A DNA stretch of 64,000 bases from Escherichia phage vB-Eco-KMB23: sequence record OR525702.1, one strand, 5' to 3'. Positions 20,084 to 39,012 of the stretch are shown here, in pieces. Position numbers and translations under genes: made by a program. The notes beneath the pieces are model-generated. The model saw nothing but the letters and a program-made list of their open reading frames with translations. It made no database searches and was not told the origin of the DNA. Each line of letters starts with the position of its first letter. Position 1 is the stretch's first letter.

Positions 20084-21080
20084 TTCAAGTGTTATCTATC
20101 GTGCGATAGTTACTTCAAAATTTAGAACAGAAAAAATGTTGAATTTTTATAATTCAATTGGAAGTGGTCCGGATAAAAACACTATCTTTATCACATTTGG
20201 AAGATCAGAACCGTGGTCATCAAATGAAAATGAGGTGGGCTTTGCTCCACCTTATCCTACCGATTCCGTATTAGGTGTAACTGACATGTGGACTCATATG
20301 ATGGGAACAGTAAAAGTTCTTCCATCAATGCTTGATGCAGTTATTCCTCGCAGAGATTGGGGAGATACTAGATATCCGGATCCATACACATTTAGAATTA
20401 ACGATATTGTAGTATGTAACTCAGCTCCTTACAACGCTACTGAATCAGGCGCAGGCTGGTTAGTATATCGTTGTTTAGATGTTCCTGATACCGGAATGTG
20501 TTCAATAACATCTTTAACTGATAAGGATGAATGCCTTAAGTTAGGTGGAAAATGGACTCCTTCTGCTAGGTCAATGACTCCGCCTGAAGGCCGAGGAGAT
20601 GCTGAAGGAACAATTGAACCTGGAGACGGATATGTTTGGGAATATTTATTTGAGATTCCGCCCGATGTATCTATAAATAGATGCACGAATGAATATATCG
20701 TGGTTCCTTGGCCTGAGGAATTAAAAGAAGACCCGACTAGATGGGGATATGAAGATAATCTCACTTGGCAACAAGATGATTTTGGATTAATTTACCGTGT
20801 TAAGGCAAATACTATCCGTTTTAAAGCATATTTAGATTCAGTTTATTTTCCTGAAGCTGCATTGCCAGGAAATAAAGGATTTAGACAAATATCAATAATC
20901 ACGAATCCTCTTGAAGCTAAAGCTCATCCAAATGACCCAAACGTTAAAGCTGAAAAGGATTATTATGATCCGGAAGATTTAATGAGGCATTCGGGCGAAA
21001 TGATTTATATGGAAAATAGGCCACCTATTATCATGGCAATGGATCAAACAGAAGAAATCAATATTCTGTTTACATTTTAA
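20076..21080 (+). CDS. 8: gp8 baseplate wedge protein
   Basis: 334 aa. Confidence 0.95.
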   Translation: MNDSSVIYRAIVTSKFRTEKMLNFYNSIGSGPDKNTIFITFGRSEPWSSNENEVGFAPPYPTDSVLGVTDMWTHMMGTVKVLPSMLDAVIPRRDWGDTRYPDPYTFRINDIVVCNSAPYNATESGAGWLVYRCLDVPDTGMCSITSLTDKDECLKLGGKWTPSARSMTPPEGRGDAEGTIEPGDGYVWEYLFEIPPDVSINRCTNEYIVVPWPEELKEDPTRWGYEDNLTWQQDDFGLIYRVKANTIRFKAYLDSVYFPEAALPGNKGFRQISIITNPLEAKAHPNDPNVKAEKDYYDPEDLMRHSGEMIYMENRPPIIMAMDQTEEINILFTF

Positions 21081-21085
21081 CTTAA

Positions 21086-21110
21086 GGGAGCCCATGGGCT
21101 CCCTTTTTCT
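21086..21110 (+). terminator. intrinsic terminator after gene 8 (gggagccc-atg-ggctccc + T-run)
   Basis: Near-perfect palindrome followed by TTTTTCTTT. Confidence 0.6.
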
Positions 21111-21111
21111 T

Positions 21112-21119
21112 TATAAATA
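21112..21119 (+). promoter_or_regulatory. late promoter TATAAATA for gene 9
   Basis: Exact TATAAATA 25 nt upstream of ATG at 21144. Confidence 0.65.
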
Positions 21120-21143
21120 CTATAAACTCATAAGGAAACCGCT

Positions 21144-22010
21144 ATGTTCATTCAAGAACCAAAGAAATTGATTGATACCGGCGAAATTGGTAACGCTTCT
21201 ACTGGTGATATCTTATTCGACGGTGGTAATAAAATTAATAGTGATTTTAACGCAATTTATAATGCGTTTGGCGATCAACGTAAAATGGCAGTAGCAAATG
21301 GAACTGGAGCAGATGGCCAAATTATCCATGCTACTGGATATTATCAAAAACACTCTATTGCAGAGTACGCAACTCCGGTAAAAGTTGGCACTAGGCATGA
21401 TATTGATACCTCTACTGTAGGTGTTAAAGTTATCATTGAAAGAGGCGAACTCGGCGATTGTGTTGAATTCATTAACTCAAATGGATCAATATCAGTTACT
21501 AATCCTTTAACAATTCAAGCTATTGATTCAATTAAAGGTGTTTCGGGTAATTTAGTAGTAACTAGTCCATATAGTAAAGTAACTTTACGCTGTATTTCAT
21601 CTGATAATTCTACGTCGGTTTGGAATTATTCTATTGAAAGTATGTTTGGACAAAAGGAATCACCAGCTGAAGGTACATGGAATATTTCTACATCTGGATC
21701 AGTTGACATTCCATTATTTCATCGCACTGAATACAATATGGCTAAATTGCTAGTTACGTGCCAATCAGTAGATGGAAGAAAAATTAAAACGGCAGAAATA
21801 AATATTCTTGTGGATACTGTTAATTCAGAGGTCATTTCTTCTGAATATGCTGTCATGCGAGTTGGGAATGAAACCGAAGAAGACGAAATCGCTAATATTG
21901 CATTTAGTATTAAAGAAAATTATGTAACGGCGACTATAAGTTCTCCAACTGTCGGTATGAGAGCAGCAGTTAAAGTTATCGCTACGCAGAAAATCGGGGT
22001 GGCTCAATAA
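21144..22010 (+). CDS. 9: gp9 baseplate wedge / long tail fiber socket
   Basis: 288 aa. Confidence 0.95.
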   Translation: MFIQEPKKLIDTGEIGNASTGDILFDGGNKINSDFNAIYNAFGDQRKMAVANGTGADGQIIHATGYYQKHSIAEYATPVKVGTRHDIDTSTVGVKVIIERGELGDCVEFINSNGSISVTNPLTIQAIDSIKGVSGNLVVTSPYSKVTLRCISSDNSTSVWNYSIESMFGQKESPAEGTWNISTSGSVDIPLFHRTEYNMAKLLVTCQSVDGRKIKTAEINILVDTVNSEVISSEYAVMRVGNETEEDEIANIAFSIKENYVTATISSPTVGMRAAVKVIATQKIGVAQ

Positions 22011-23818
22011 TGAAACAAAATATTAATATCGGTAATGTTGTAGATGATGGTACCGGTGACTACCTGCGTAAAGGTGGTATAAAAATAAATGAAAACTTTG
22101 ATGAGCTTTATTATGAACTCGGTGATGGTGATGTTCCATATTCAGCTGGTGCCTGGAAAACTTATAATGCTTCATCAGGACAAATATTAACAGCAGAATG
22201 GGGAAAATCATACGCTATTAATACATCTTCTGGAAGAGTGACTATAAATCTTCCAAAGGGCACAGTCAATGATTACAACAAGGTAATTAGAGCTAGAGAC
22301 GTATTTGCTACATGGAACGTCAACCCCGTTACACTAGTAGCTGCTTCCGGCGATACGATTAAAGGGTCTGCAGTACCAGTTGAAATTAATGTTCAATTCA
22401 GCGATTTAGAACTAGTGTATTGTGCCCCAGGACGTTGGGAATATGTCAAAAATAAACAAATTGACAAAATTACCAGTTCAGACATTAGTAATGTAGCTCG
22501 TAAAGAATTTTTAGTCGAAGTCCAAGGACAAACAGACTTTTTAGATGTTTTCCGTGGAACCAGTTATAATGTAAATAACATCAGAGTAAAACATCGTGGT
22601 AACGAATTGTATTATGGCGATGTGTTTAGCGAAAACAGTGATTTTGGCTCTCCGGGCGAAAATGAAGGAGAACTAGTTCCTCTTGATGGATTTAATATTC
22701 GATTAAGACAGCCTTGTAATATTGGTGACACTGTTCAAATTGAAACATTTATGGATGGTGTATCACAGTGGAGAAGTTCATATACAAGACGTCAAATTAG
22801 ATTGTTAGATTCAAAATTAACGTCAAAAACTTCTTTAGAAGGAAGCATTTACGTTACTGATTTATCAACAATGAAATCAATTCCATTTTCTGCTTTTGGA
22901 TTAATTCCAGGAGAACCTATTAATCCTAACTCTCTTGAGGTTCGTTTTAATGGAATTTTGCAGGAATTAGCTGGCACAGTTGGAATGCCATTATTTCATT
23001 GTGTTGGTGCCGATTCAGACGATGAAGTAGAATGCTCTGTTTTAGGTGGAACTTGGGAACAATCTCATACCGATTATTCAGTTGAAACTGATGAAAACGG
23101 CATACCGGAAATTTTACATTTCGATAGAGTATTTGAGCATGGTGACATTATCAATATCACCTGGTTTAATAATGATTTGGGTACATTATTAACAAAAGAT
23201 GAGATTATTGATGAAACTGATAATCTTTATGTATCGCAAGGACCGGGAGTAGATATTTCTGGTGATGTAAATTTAACAGACTTCGATAAAATTGGTTGGC
23301 CAAATGTAGAAGCAGTTCAATCTTACCAACGCGAATTTAATGCTGTTTCAAATATCTTTGATACGATTTATCCTATTGGAACTATATATGAAAACGCTGT
23401 TAATCCAAACAACCCTGTTACATATATGGGATTCGGCTCATGGAAATTATTTGGGCAAGGAAAAGTTTTAGTTGGATGGAATGAAGATATTTCGGATCCG
23501 AATTTTGCTCTAAATAACAACGATTTAGATTCTGGCGGAAATCCTTCACATACTGCAGGTGGAACAGGTGGTTCTACTTCTGTTACATTGGAAAATGCTA
23601 ATCTTCCTGCAACTGAAACAGATGAAGAAGTTCTAATAGTTGATGAAAATGGATCAGTCATTGTTGGTGGATGTCAATACGATCCAGATGAATCTGGTCC
23701 AGTTTACACGAAATACCGTGAAGCTAAAGCATCTACTAACTCTACTCACACTCCGCCAACATCAATAACTAACATTCAACCATACATTACAGTTTATCGT
23801 TGGATAAGGATTGCATAA
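22010..23818 (+). CDS. 10: gp10 baseplate wedge protein
   Basis: 602 aa. Confidence 0.95.
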   Translation: MKQNINIGNVVDDGTGDYLRKGGIKINENFDELYYELGDGDVPYSAGAWKTYNASSGQILTAEWGKSYAINTSSGRVTINLPKGTVNDYNKVIRARDVFATWNVNPVTLVAASGDTIKGSAVPVEINVQFSDLELVYCAPGRWEYVKNKQIDKITSSDISNVARKEFLVEVQGQTDFLDVFRGTSYNVNNIRVKHRGNELYYGDVFSENSDFGSPGENEGELVPLDGFNIRLRQPCNIGDTVQIETFMDGVSQWRSSYTRRQIRLLDSKLTSKTSLEGSIYVTDLSTMKSIPFSAFGLIPGEPINPNSLEVRFNGILQELAGTVGMPLFHCVGADSDDEVECSVLGGTWEQSHTDYSVETDENGIPEILHFDRVFEHGDIINITWFNNDLGTLLTKDEIIDETDNLYVSQGPGVDISGDVNLTDFDKIGWPNVEAVQSYQREFNAVSNIFDTIYPIGTIYENAVNPNNPVTYMGFGSWKLFGQGKVLVGWNEDISDPNFALNNNDLDSGGNPSHTAGGTGGSTSVTLENANLPATETDEEVLIVDENGSVIVGGCQYDPDESGPVYTKYREAKASTNSTHTPPTSITNIQPYITVYRWIRIA

Positions 23819-24477
23819 TGAGTTTACTTAATAATAAAGCGGGAGTTATTTCCCGCTTAGCCGATTTTCTTGGTTTTAGACCTAAAACTGGCGACATCGA
23901 TGTAATGAATCGTCAATCAGTTGGGTCAGTGACAATTTCTCAACTAGCGAAAGGATTTTATGAACCAAACGTAGAATCAGCTATTAATGATGTTCATAAT
24001 TTTTCTATAAAAGACGTTGGTACAATTATTACTAATAAAACTGGTGTTTCTCCTGAGGGTGTTTCTCAAACTGATTATTGGGCGTTTTCGGGAACTGTAA
24101 CAGATGATTCGCTTCCTCCTGGTTCTCCTGTTACTGTATTAGTATTTGGTCTTCCGGTTTCAGCAACAACAGGAATGACAGCTATCGAGTTTGTTGCCAA
24201 AGTTCGCGTTGCGCTGCAAGAAGCTATTGCGTCATTTACTGCTATCAATTCATATAAAGACCATCCAACTGACGGTAGTAAATTAGAAGTTACTTATTTA
24301 GATAATCAGAAACATGTATTAAGCACATATTCTACATATGGAATAACTATTTCCCAAGAAATTATTTCAGAATCTAAGCCTGGATATGGCACATGGAATT
24401 TGCTTGGTGCACAAACTGTAACTTTAGATAATCAGCAAACTCCAATAGTACTTTATCATTTTGAGAGAACAGCATGA
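23818..24477 (+). CDS. 11: gp11 baseplate wedge / short tail fiber attachment
   Basis: Start moved to ATG overlapping gp10 stop (TAATG) giving 219 aa MSLLNNKAG...; ORF-track start 23800 rejected. Confidence 0.9.
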   Translation: MSLLNNKAGVISRLADFLGFRPKTGDIDVMNRQSVGSVTISQLAKGFYEPNVESAINDVHNFSIKDVGTIITNKTGVSPEGVSQTDYWAFSGTVTDDSLPPGSPVTVLVFGLPVSATTGMTAIEFVAKVRVALQEAIASFTAINSYKDHPTDGSKLEVTYLDNQKHVLSTYSTYGITISQEIISESKPGYGTWNLLGAQTVTLDNQQTPIVLYHFERTA

Positions 24478-26057
24478 GTAATAATACATATCAACACGTT
24501 TCTAATGAATCTCGCTATGTAAAATTTGATCCAACCGGTACAAATTTTCCGGCAGAGATTACTGATGTTCAGGCTGCTATAGCAGCCATTTCTCCTGCTG
24601 GTGTAAATGGAGTTCCTGACGCATCATCAACAACAAAGGGAATTTTATTTCTTGCCACTGAACAGGAAGTTATCGACGGAACTGATAATACCAAAGCAGT
24701 TACACCAGCAACGCTGGCAACAAGATTATCTTATCCAAACGCAACTGAAACTGTTTATGGATTAACAAGATATTCAACCAATGATGAAGCAATTGCCGGA
24801 GTTAATAATGAATCTTCTATAACTCCTGCTAAATTTACTGTTGCCCTTAATAATGCCTTTGAAACTCGTGTTTCAACTGAATCATCAAATGGAGTTATTA
24901 AAATTTCATCTCTACCGCAAGCATTAGCTGGCGCAGATGATACTACTGCAATGACTCCGTTAAAAACACAGCAGTTAGCTATTAAATTAATTGCGCAAAT
25001 CGCTCCTTCTGAAACCACAGCTACCGAATCTGACCAAGGTGTTGTTCAATTAGCGACAGTAGCTCAAGTTCGTCAAGGAACATTAAGAGAAGGCTATGCA
25101 ATTTCTCCTTATACGTTAATGAATTCTACTGCTACTGAAGAATATAAAGGCGTAATTAAATTAGGAACACAATCAGAAGTTAACTCGAATAATGCTTCTG
25201 TTGCGGTTACTGGCGCAACTCTTAATGGTCGTGGTTCTACAACGTCAATGAGAGGCGTAGTTAAATTAACTACAACCGCCGGCTCACAGAGTGGAGGTGA
25301 TGCTTCATCAGCACTAGCTTGGAATGCTGATGTTATCCACCAAAGAGGTGGTCAAACTATTAATGGAACACTTCGCATTAATAATACGCTCACGATAGCT
25401 TCAGGTGGAGCAAATATTACCGGAACAGTTAACATGACCGGTGGTTATATTCAAGGTAAGCGTGTCGTAACACAAAATGAAATTGATAGAACCATTCCTG
25501 TCGGAGCTATTATGATGTGGGCCGCTGATAGTCTTCCTAGTGATGCTTGGCGTTTTTGCCATGGCGGAACTGTTTCAGCATCAGATTGTCCATTATATGC
25601 TTCTAGAATTGGAACAAGATACGGCGGAAGTTCATCAAATCCTGGATTACCTGATATGCGCGGTCTTTTTGTTCGTGGCTCTGGTCGTGGCTCTCACTTA
25701 ACAAATCCAAATGTTAACGGTAATGACCAATTTGGCAAGCCTAGATTAGGCGTAGGTTGTACTGGTGGGTATGTTGGTGAAGTACAAAAACAACAGATGT
25801 CTTATCATAAACATGCTGGCGGATTTGGTGAGCATGATGATTCTGGAGCATTCGGTAATACCCGTAGATCAAATTTTGTTGGTACACGTAAAGGACTTGA
25901 CTGGGATAACCGTTCATATTTCACCAATGACGGTTATGAAATTGACCCAGCATCACAACGAAATTCCAAATATACATTAAATCGTCCTGAATTAATTGGA
26001 AATGAAACACGTCCATGGAACATTTCTTTAAACTACATAATTAAGGTAAAAGAATGA
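24474..26057 (+). CDS. 12: gp12 short tail fiber
   Basis: 527 aa; C-terminal receptor-binding region. Confidence 0.95.
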   Translation: MSNNTYQHVSNESRYVKFDPTGTNFPAEITDVQAAIAAISPAGVNGVPDASSTTKGILFLATEQEVIDGTDNTKAVTPATLATRLSYPNATETVYGLTRYSTNDEAIAGVNNESSITPAKFTVALNNAFETRVSTESSNGVIKISSLPQALAGADDTTAMTPLKTQQLAIKLIAQIAPSETTATESDQGVVQLATVAQVRQGTLREGYAISPYTLMNSTATEEYKGVIKLGTQSEVNSNNASVAVTGATLNGRGSTTSMRGVVKLTTTAGSQSGGDASSALAWNADVIHQRGGQTINGTLRINNTLTIASGGANITGTVNMTGGYIQGKRVVTQNEIDRTIPVGAIMMWAADSLPSDAWRFCHGGTVSASDCPLYASRIGTRYGGSSSNPGLPDMRGLFVRGSGRGSHLTNPNVNGNDQFGKPRLGVGCTGGYVGEVQKQQMSYHKHAGGFGEHDDSGAFGNTRRSNFVGTRKGLDWDNRSYFTNDGYEIDPASQRNSKYTLNRPELIGNETRPWNISLNYIIKVKE

Positions 26058-27517
26058 CAGATATTGTACTGAATGACTTACCATTCGTTGACGGCCCTCC
26101 TGCAGAGGGCCAGAGCCGCATTTCCTGGATTAAAAACGGCGAAGAAATATTAGGAGCTGACACACAGTATGGAAGCGAAGGTTCAATGAATAGACCTACA
26201 GTTTCTGTACTAAGAAATGTTGAAGTTCTTGATAAAAACATTGGAATACTCAAAACATCTTTAGAATCCGCGAATAGTGATATTAAAACAATTCAGGGCA
26301 TCTTAGATGTATCTGGTGATATTGAAGCTTTGGCCCAAATAAGTATCAATAAAAAGGATATTTCTGACCTTAAAACGCTAACCAGTGAACATACAGAAAT
26401 ATTAAATGGGACTAATAGTACGGTTGACAGCATTCTTGCTGATATTGGTCCATTTAACTCCGAGGCCAACTCTGTATACAGAACGATCAGAAATGATTTA
26501 CTGTGGATAAAGCGTGAACTTGGACAATATACAGGCCAAGATATTAATGGTCTTCCTGTTGTAGGAAATCCTAGCACAGGAATGAAGCATCGCATTATTA
26601 ATAATACTGATGTCATCACTTCACAGGGAATACGTTTAAGCGAATTAGAAACAAAATTCATTGAATCTGATGTAGGTTCTTTAACTATTGAAGTTGGTAA
26701 TCTTCGCGAAGAGCTTGGACCTAAACCACCGTCATTTTCACAAAACATCTACAGTCGTTTAAATGAAATTGACACTAAACAGACAACAGTTGAGTCTGAC
26801 ATTAGTGCTATTAAGACCTCAATAGGATATCCAGGAAATAATTCGATTATCACGAGTATTAATACAAACACTGATAATATTGCATCTATTAATTTAGAGC
26901 TAAATCAAAGTGGAGGTATTAAACAGCGTTTAACCGTTATTGAAACTTCTATTGGTTCAGATGATATTCCTTCGAGTATTAAAGGCCAAATCAAAGATAA
27001 TACAACTTCAATCGAAGCTCTAAATGGAATCGTCGGTGAAAACACTTCATCCGGTTTAAGAGCGAATGTTTCGTGGTTAAACCAAATTGTTGGAACTGAT
27101 TCTAGCGGTGGACAACCTTCTCCTCCTGGGTCTCTTTTAAACCGAGTTTCTACAATTGAAACTTCTGTTTCAAGCTTGAACAACGATGTTCAGAACCTAC
27201 AAGTAGAGATTGGTAATAACAGCACAGGAATTAAAGGGCAAGTTGTAGCGTTAAATACTTTAGTAAATGGAACTAATCCAAATGGTTCAACTGTCGAAGA
27301 ACGTGGATTAACCAATTCAATAAAAGCTAACGAAACCAACATTGCATCAGTTACACAAGAAGTGAATACAGCCAAAGGTAGTATATCTTCTCTGCAAGGT
27401 GATGTTCAAGCTCTACAAGAAGCAGGTTATATTCCTGAAGCTCCAAAAGATGGTCAAGCTTACGTTCGTAAAGACGGCGAATGGGTATTACTTTCTACCT
27501 TTTTATCACCAGCATAA
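26054..27517 (+). CDS. wac: fibritin (whisker antigen control)
   Basis: 487 aa segmented coiled-coil; C-terminal foldon [27 protein letters not shown]. Confidence 0.95.
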   Translation: MTDIVLNDLPFVDGPPAEGQSRISWIKNGEEILGADTQYGSEGSMNRPTVSVLRNVEVLDKNIGILKTSLESANSDIKTIQGILDVSGDIEALAQISINKKDISDLKTLTSEHTEILNGTNSTVDSILADIGPFNSEANSVYRTIRNDLLWIKRELGQYTGQDINGLPVVGNPSTGMKHRIINNTDVITSQGIRLSELETKFIESDVGSLTIEVGNLREELGPKPPSFSQNIYSRLNEIDTKQTTVESDISAIKTSIGYPGNNSIITSINTNTDNIASINLELNQSGGIKQRLTVIETSIGSDDIPSSIKGQIKDNTTSIEALNGIVGENTSSGLRANVSWLNQIVGTDSSGGQPSPPGSLLNRVSTIETSVSSLNNDVQNLQVEIGNNSTGIKGQVVALNTLVNGTNPNGSTVEERGLTNSIKANETNIASVTQEVNTAKGSISSLQGDVQALQEAGYIPEAPKDGQAYVRKDGEWVLLSTFLSPA

Positions 27518-27520
27518 CAT

Positions 27521-27548
27521 GGGGCCGCAAGGCCCCAAAGGATTTTTA
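27521..27548 (+). terminator. intrinsic terminator after wac (ggggcc-gcaa-ggcccc)
   Basis: GC hairpin followed by T-rich tract. Confidence 0.55.
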
Positions 27549-27549
27549 A

Positions 27550-29251
<1,702 letters not shown>

Positions 29252-29292
29252 TAAATATTATAAACTAATTAAAGCCCAGATTAGGAGAAATC

Positions 29293-32430
<3,138 letters not shown>

Positions 32431-32461
32431 ATATATTAAAGCATATTAAAGAGGATTAAAA

Positions 32462-34568
32462 ATGACTTTATTATCTCCGGGCATTGAGCTCAAAGAAACT
32501 ACGGTTCAAAGCACCGTGGTTAATAACTCTACTGGTACAGCAGCTTTGGCCGGTAAATTCCAGTGGGGTCCTGCTTTTCAAATTAAACAGGTTACAAATG
32601 AAGTAGATTTAGTTAATACTTTTGGTCAACCTACAGCTGAAACTGCTGACTATTTTATGTCTGCAATGAATTTCTTACAATACGGAAATGATTTGCGAGT
32701 TGTGCGTGCTGTCGATAGAGATACCGCTAAAAACTCATCTCCGATTGCCGGTAATATTGAATACACTATTTCTACCCCAGGTAGTAACTACGCGGTTGGA
32801 GATAAAATCACTGTTAAGTATGTTTCAGAAGATGTTGAAACAGAAGGTAAAATTACTGAAGTAGATGCTGATGGAAAAATTAAGAAAATTAATATTCCTA
32901 CCGCAAAAATTATCGCTAAAGCGAAAGAAGTAGGCGAATATCCAGCATTAGGTTCTAACTGGACTGCGGAAATTTCTTCGTCTTCCTCTGGTTTAGCTGC
33001 AGTAATAACTCTTGGGAAAATTATTACTGATTCTGGTATTTTATTAGCTGAAATTGAAAATGCCGAAGCTGCTATGACAGCTGTTGACTTTCAGGCAAAT
33101 CTCGAAAAATATGGAATTCCAGGAGTAGTAGCTCTTTATCCAGGCGAGTTGGGCGATAAAATCGAAATTGAAATCGTATCTAAAGCTGACTACGCAAAAG
33201 GTGCTTCTGCATTACTCCCAATTTATCCAGGTGGCGGAACACGCGCATCTACTGCCAAAGCAGTGTTTGGATATGGACCACAAACTGATTCACAATACGC
33301 TATTATAGTTCGTCGCAATGATGCTATTGTTCAAAGCGTTGTTCTTTCAACAAAGCGTGGTGAAAAAGATATTTACGATAGTAACATCTATATTGATGAC
33401 TTTTTCGCAAAAGGTGGTTCAGAATATATTTTCGCAACTGCACAAAACTGGCCAGAAGGCTTCTCTGGAATTTTAACTCTGTCTGGTGGATTATCATCAA
33501 ATGCTGAAGTAACAGCAGGAGATTTGATGGAAGCTTGGGACTTCTTTGCTGACCGTGAATCTGTTGATGTTCAGTTGTTTATTGCGGGTTCTTGCGCCGG
33601 CGAATCTTTAGAAACAGCATCTACTGTCCAAAAACACGTCGTTTCAATTGGGGATGCTCGCCAAGATTGCTTAGTACTGTGCTCACCACCGCGTGAAACT
33701 GTAGTTGGAATTCCTGTAACTCGTGCTGTTGATAACTTAGTCAATTGGAGAACTGCAGAAACACGTCGTTTCAATTGGGGATGCTCGCCAAGATTGCTTA
33801 GTACTGTGCTCACCACCGCGTGAAACTGTAGTTGGAATTCCTGTAACTCGTGCTGTTGATAACTTAGTCAATTGGAGAACTGCAGCAGGTTCATACACTG
33901 ATAATAACTTTAATATCAGTTCAACCTACGCAGCAATTGATGGTAACTACAAGTATCAGTATGACAAATATAATGATGTGAATCGTTGGGTTCCATTAGC
34001 AGCTGATATTGCTGGTTTATGCGCGAGAACAGATAACGTTTCTCAGACTTGGATGTCTCCAGCTGGTTATAATCGCGGCCAAATTTTGAACGTTATTAAA
34101 CTTGCTATTGAAACTCGCCAGGCGCAGCGCGATCGTTTATACCAAGAAGCTATCAACCCAGTAACTGGCACAGGTGGTGATGGTTACGTATTGTATGGTG
34201 ATAAAACAGCTACTTCTGTTCCTTCTCCATTTGATCGTATTAACGTTCGTCGTCTGTTTAATATGTTGAAAACGAATATCGGACGTAGTTCAAAATATCG
34301 TTTGTTCGAATTAAACAACGCGTTTACTCGTTCATCGTTCCGCACAGAAACTTCCCAGTACTTGCAGGGAATTAAAGCTCTCGGTGGAATTTATGAATAT
34401 CGTGTAGTTTGCGATACAACAAATAACACTCCGTCAGTAATTGATAGAAATGAGTTTGTTGCAACATTCTACATCCAACCGGCTAGAAGCATTAACTACA
34501 TTACCTTAAACTTCGTAGCAACTGCTACTGGTGCAGATTTCGATGAGTTAACTGGTCTTGCAGGTTAA
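32462..34568 (+). pseudogene. 18: tail sheath gene 18 interrupted by 127-bp tandem duplication (frameshift; ORFs 32462..33823 and 33978..34568)
   Basis: Two ORFs in different frames (453 aa + 196 aa); removing one 127-bp copy gives a single 659-codon frame. Confidence 0.85.
33632..33885 (+). repeat. perfect 127-bp direct tandem duplication (2 copies) inside gene 18
   Basis: 33632..33758 identical to 33759..33885 (aaacacgtcgtttcaattggggatgctcg...gtcaattggagaactgcag). Confidence 0.95.
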
Positions 34569-34584
34569 TACGGTGCATTCTAAA

Positions 34585-34602
34585 GGCCTGTTTCGGCAGG
34601 CC
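34585..34602 (+). terminator. hairpin after gene 18 (ggcctg-tttcgg-caggcc)
   Basis: Inverted repeat in 18-19 intergenic region. Confidence 0.45.
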
Positions 34603-34603
34603 A

Positions 34604-34611
34604 TATAAATA
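34604..34611 (+). promoter_or_regulatory. late promoter TATAAATA (distal) upstream of gene 19
   Basis: Exact match. Confidence 0.55.
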
Positions 34612-34662
34612 CACTATATCCTTAATTCTTTAATTCTATATGCCCTAGGTTAAACATAGGGA

Positions 34663-34670
34663 TATAAATA
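34663..34670 (+). promoter_or_regulatory. late promoter TATAAATA (proximal) for gene 19
   Basis: Exact match 15 nt upstream of ATG at 34685. Confidence 0.6.
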
Positions 34671-34684
34671 CTACAGAGGCTAAT

Positions 34685-35176
34685 ATGTTTGTAGATGATG
34701 TAACACGAGCGTTTGAATCTGGTGATTTTGCTCGACCTAACTTATTCCAAGTAGAAATTTCTTATCTTGGACAAAATTTTACGTTTCAATGTAAAGCCAC
34801 TGCTTTACCAGCTGGTATTGTAGAAAAAATTCCAGTCGGATTCATGAACCGTAAAATTAACGTAGCAGGCGATCGTACATTCGATGACTGGACTGTTACA
34901 GTAATGAACGATGAGGCACATGATGCTCGCCAGAAGTTTGTTGATTGGCAAAGCATTGCTGCTGGGCAAGGGAACGAAATTACTGGTGGAAAACCAGCAG
35001 AGTATAAAAAGAGCGCTGTTGTTCGCCAATATGCTCGTGACGCTAAAACTGTAACAAAAGAAGTCGAAATTAAAGGCCTGTGGCCTACTAACGTGGGTGA
35101 ACTTCAATTAGATTGGGATTCAAACAATGAAATCCAAACCTTTGAAGTAACTCTCGCTCTCGATTATTGGGAATAA
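34685..35176 (+). CDS. 19: gp19 tail tube protein
   Basis: 163 aa. Confidence 0.95.
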   Translation: MFVDDVTRAFESGDFARPNLFQVEISYLGQNFTFQCKATALPAGIVEKIPVGFMNRKINVAGDRTFDDWTVTVMNDEAHDARQKFVDWQSIAAGQGNEITGGKPAEYKKSAVVRQYARDAKTVTKEVEIKGLWPTNVGELQLDWDSNNEIQTFEVTLALDYWE

Positions 35177-35181
35177 AATGA

Positions 35182-36833
<1,652 letters not shown>

Positions 36834-36834
<1 letters not shown>

Positions 36835-37091
36835 TGGAAGGTTTAATTGAAGCTATTAAATCAAACGACCTCGTAGCCGCTCGTAAATTCTTTGCTGAAG
36901 CCATGGCTGCAAGAACGATTGATTTAATTAAAGAAGAAAAAATCGCTATCGCTCGTAATTTCTTAATCGAAGGTGAAGAACCTGATGATGAGGATGACGA
37001 AGACGAGGATGATGACGAAGATAGCGATGATAAAGACGACAAAAAAGACAAAGACTCTGGCGAAGATGACGAAGACGAGGATGATGAATAA
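36834..37091 (+). CDS. 67: gp67 prohead core protein (acidic C-terminus)
   Basis: 85 aa with poly-D/E tail. Confidence 0.9.
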
Positions 37092-37516
37092 TGCTTCTGA
37101 TCCCTGAAACTCATGAATTAGTTCTCGAGAATGTCGAAGCACTTATTCCTGAAGCACAGGGTCGCTTTGACGAATTGTCTTCTGCTTTAAATAAAGACGA
37201 TATAAATACAATTGTCGAGAATATGCTTGATGATGAAACTGATTTAGCAATTGCATTAGCTTCTATTAATGAAGATATGCCGCTAAATGAATTCATCGTT
37301 AAACATGTTTCTGCTCGTGGTGAAATTACACGTACCAAAGACCGCAAAACGCGTGAACGTAATGCATTTCAAACCACCGGGCTGTCTAAAGCAAAACGTA
37401 GACAAATTGCTCGCAAAGCTACCAAAACGAAGATTGCCAACCCAGCAGGTCAATCTCGTGCTCAGCGTAAGCGTAAAAAAGCTCTTAAACGCCGTAAAGC
37501 ATTAGGATTAAGCTAA
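37091..37516 (+). CDS. 68: gp68 prohead core protein
   Basis: 141 aa. Confidence 0.9.
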   Translation: MLLIPETHELVLENVEALIPEAQGRFDELSSALNKDDINTIVENMLDDETDLAIALASINEDMPLNEFIVKHVSARGEITRTKDRKTRERNAFQTTGLSKAKRRQIARKATKTKIANPAGQSRAQRKRKKALKRRKALGLS

Positions 37517-38154
37517 TGAATGAACCCCAATTACTAATTGAAACTTGGGGTCAACCTGGCGAAATTATTGATGGCGTGCCAATGCTTGAATCTCATGATG
37601 GAAAAGACCTAGGTTTAAAACCCGGTTTATACATCGAAGGAATATTCATGCAAGCGGAAGTCGTCAATAGAAATAAACGTCTTTATCCAAAACGCATATT
37701 AGAAAAAGCGGTAAAAGACTATATCAATGAGCAAGTTTTAACTAAACAAGCTCTCGGAGAATTAAATCATCCTCCACGCGCTAATGTTGACCCGATGCAA
37801 GCCGCTATCATTATAGAAGATATGTGGTGGAAAGGAAATGACGTATACGGACGAGCTCGTGTTATTGAAGGTGACCATGGTCCTGGAGATAAATTAGCAG
37901 CTAATATTCGTGCCGGATGGATTCCAGGAGTTTCTTCTCGTGGATTAGGTTCATTGACTGACACAAATAAAGGTTATCGTATCGTAAACGAAGGATTCAA
38001 ATTAACTGTAGGTGTTGATGCAGTATGGGGTCCAAGTGCTCCAGATGCATGGGTAACTCCTAAGGAAATTACCGAATCACAGACGGCGGAAGCCGATACA
38101 AGTGCCGATGACGCCTATATGGCTCTCGCAGAGGCCATGAAAAAAGCGTTATAA
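37516..38154 (+). CDS. 21: gp21 prohead core protease
   Basis: 212 aa. Confidence 0.95.
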   Translation: MNEPQLLIETWGQPGEIIDGVPMLESHDGKDLGLKPGLYIEGIFMQAEVVNRNKRLYPKRILEKAVKDYINEQVLTKQALGELNHPPRANVDPMQAAIIIEDMWWKGNDVYGRARVIEGDHGPGDKLAANIRAGWIPGVSSRGLGSLTDTNKGYRIVNEGFKLTVGVDAVWGPSAPDAWVTPKEITESQTAEADTSADDAYMALAEAMKKAL

Positions 38155-38184
38155 ATATTATTATCTAAACAACAGGACTACAAA

Positions 38185-38994
38185 ATGCTTAAAGAACAAC
38201 TGATTGCTGAAGCGCAAAAAATTGATGCTTCCGTTGCTCTTGATAGTATTTTCGAATCAGTTAATATTTCTCCGGAAGCAAAAGAAACTTTCGGCACTGT
38301 ATTCGAAGCTACCGTCAAGCAGCACGCCGTTAAATTAGCTGAATCTCATATCGCTAAAATTGCTGAAAAAGCAGAAGAAGAAGTAGAAAAAAATAAAGAA
38401 GAAGCCGAAGAAAAAGCTGAGAAGAAAATCGCTGAGCAAGCTTCTAAATTCATCGACCATCTTGCAAAAGAATGGCTCGCTGAAAATAAATTAGCAGTTG
38501 ATAAAGGCATCAAAGCCGAACTGTTTGAATCCATGCTTGGTGGATTAAAAGAGCTCTTTGTTGAACACAACGTTGTTGTTCCAGAAGAATCAGTTGATGT
38601 TGTAGCTGAAATGGAAGAAGAGCTGCAAGAACATAAAGAAGAATCAGCTCGTCTGTTCGAAGAACTCAATATGCGCGACGCATATATCAATTATGTGCAG
38701 CGTGAAGTGGCATTGAGCGAAAGTACTAAAGATCTGACTGAGTCTCAAAAAGAAAAAGTCTCTGCTCTGGTCGAAGGTATGGATTATTCAGATGCATTCT
38801 CAAGTAAATTGAGTGCCATCGTAGAAATGGTGAAGAAGTCTAATAAAGATGAAAGCACTATTACTGAGGGTATAAATACTCCTGATACTGAAGCAGCCGG
38901 ACTGAATTTCGTCACTGAAGCTGTAGAAGATAAAGCTGCACCTGGTGCAGAAGATATTGTAAGTGTATATGCGAAAGTCGCATCTCGTTTCTAA
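38185..38994 (+). CDS. 22: gp22 prohead core scaffold protein
   Basis: 269 aa, acidic coiled-coil. Confidence 0.95.
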   Translation: MLKEQLIAEAQKIDASVALDSIFESVNISPEAKETFGTVFEATVKQHAVKLAESHIAKIAEKAEEEVEKNKEEAEEKAEKKIAEQASKFIDHLAKEWLAENKLAVDKGIKAELFESMLGGLKELFVEHNVVVPEESVDVVAEMEEELQEHKEESARLFEELNMRDAYINYVQREVALSESTKDLTESQKEKVSALVEGMDYSDAFSSKLSAIVEMVKKSNKDESTITEGINTPDTEAAGLNFVTEAVEDKAAPGAEDIVSVYAKVASRF

Positions 38995-39012
38995 TTTTAA
39001 AGGTTAACACAA

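Noticed and set aside
32462-34568. Possibility that gene 18 is interrupted by a self-splicing intron or intein
   Set aside because: The inserted material is an exact direct copy of the adjacent 127 bp of coding sequence, has no intron-like structure or HEG ORF, and its length is not a multiple of three; a tandem duplication explains it fully.
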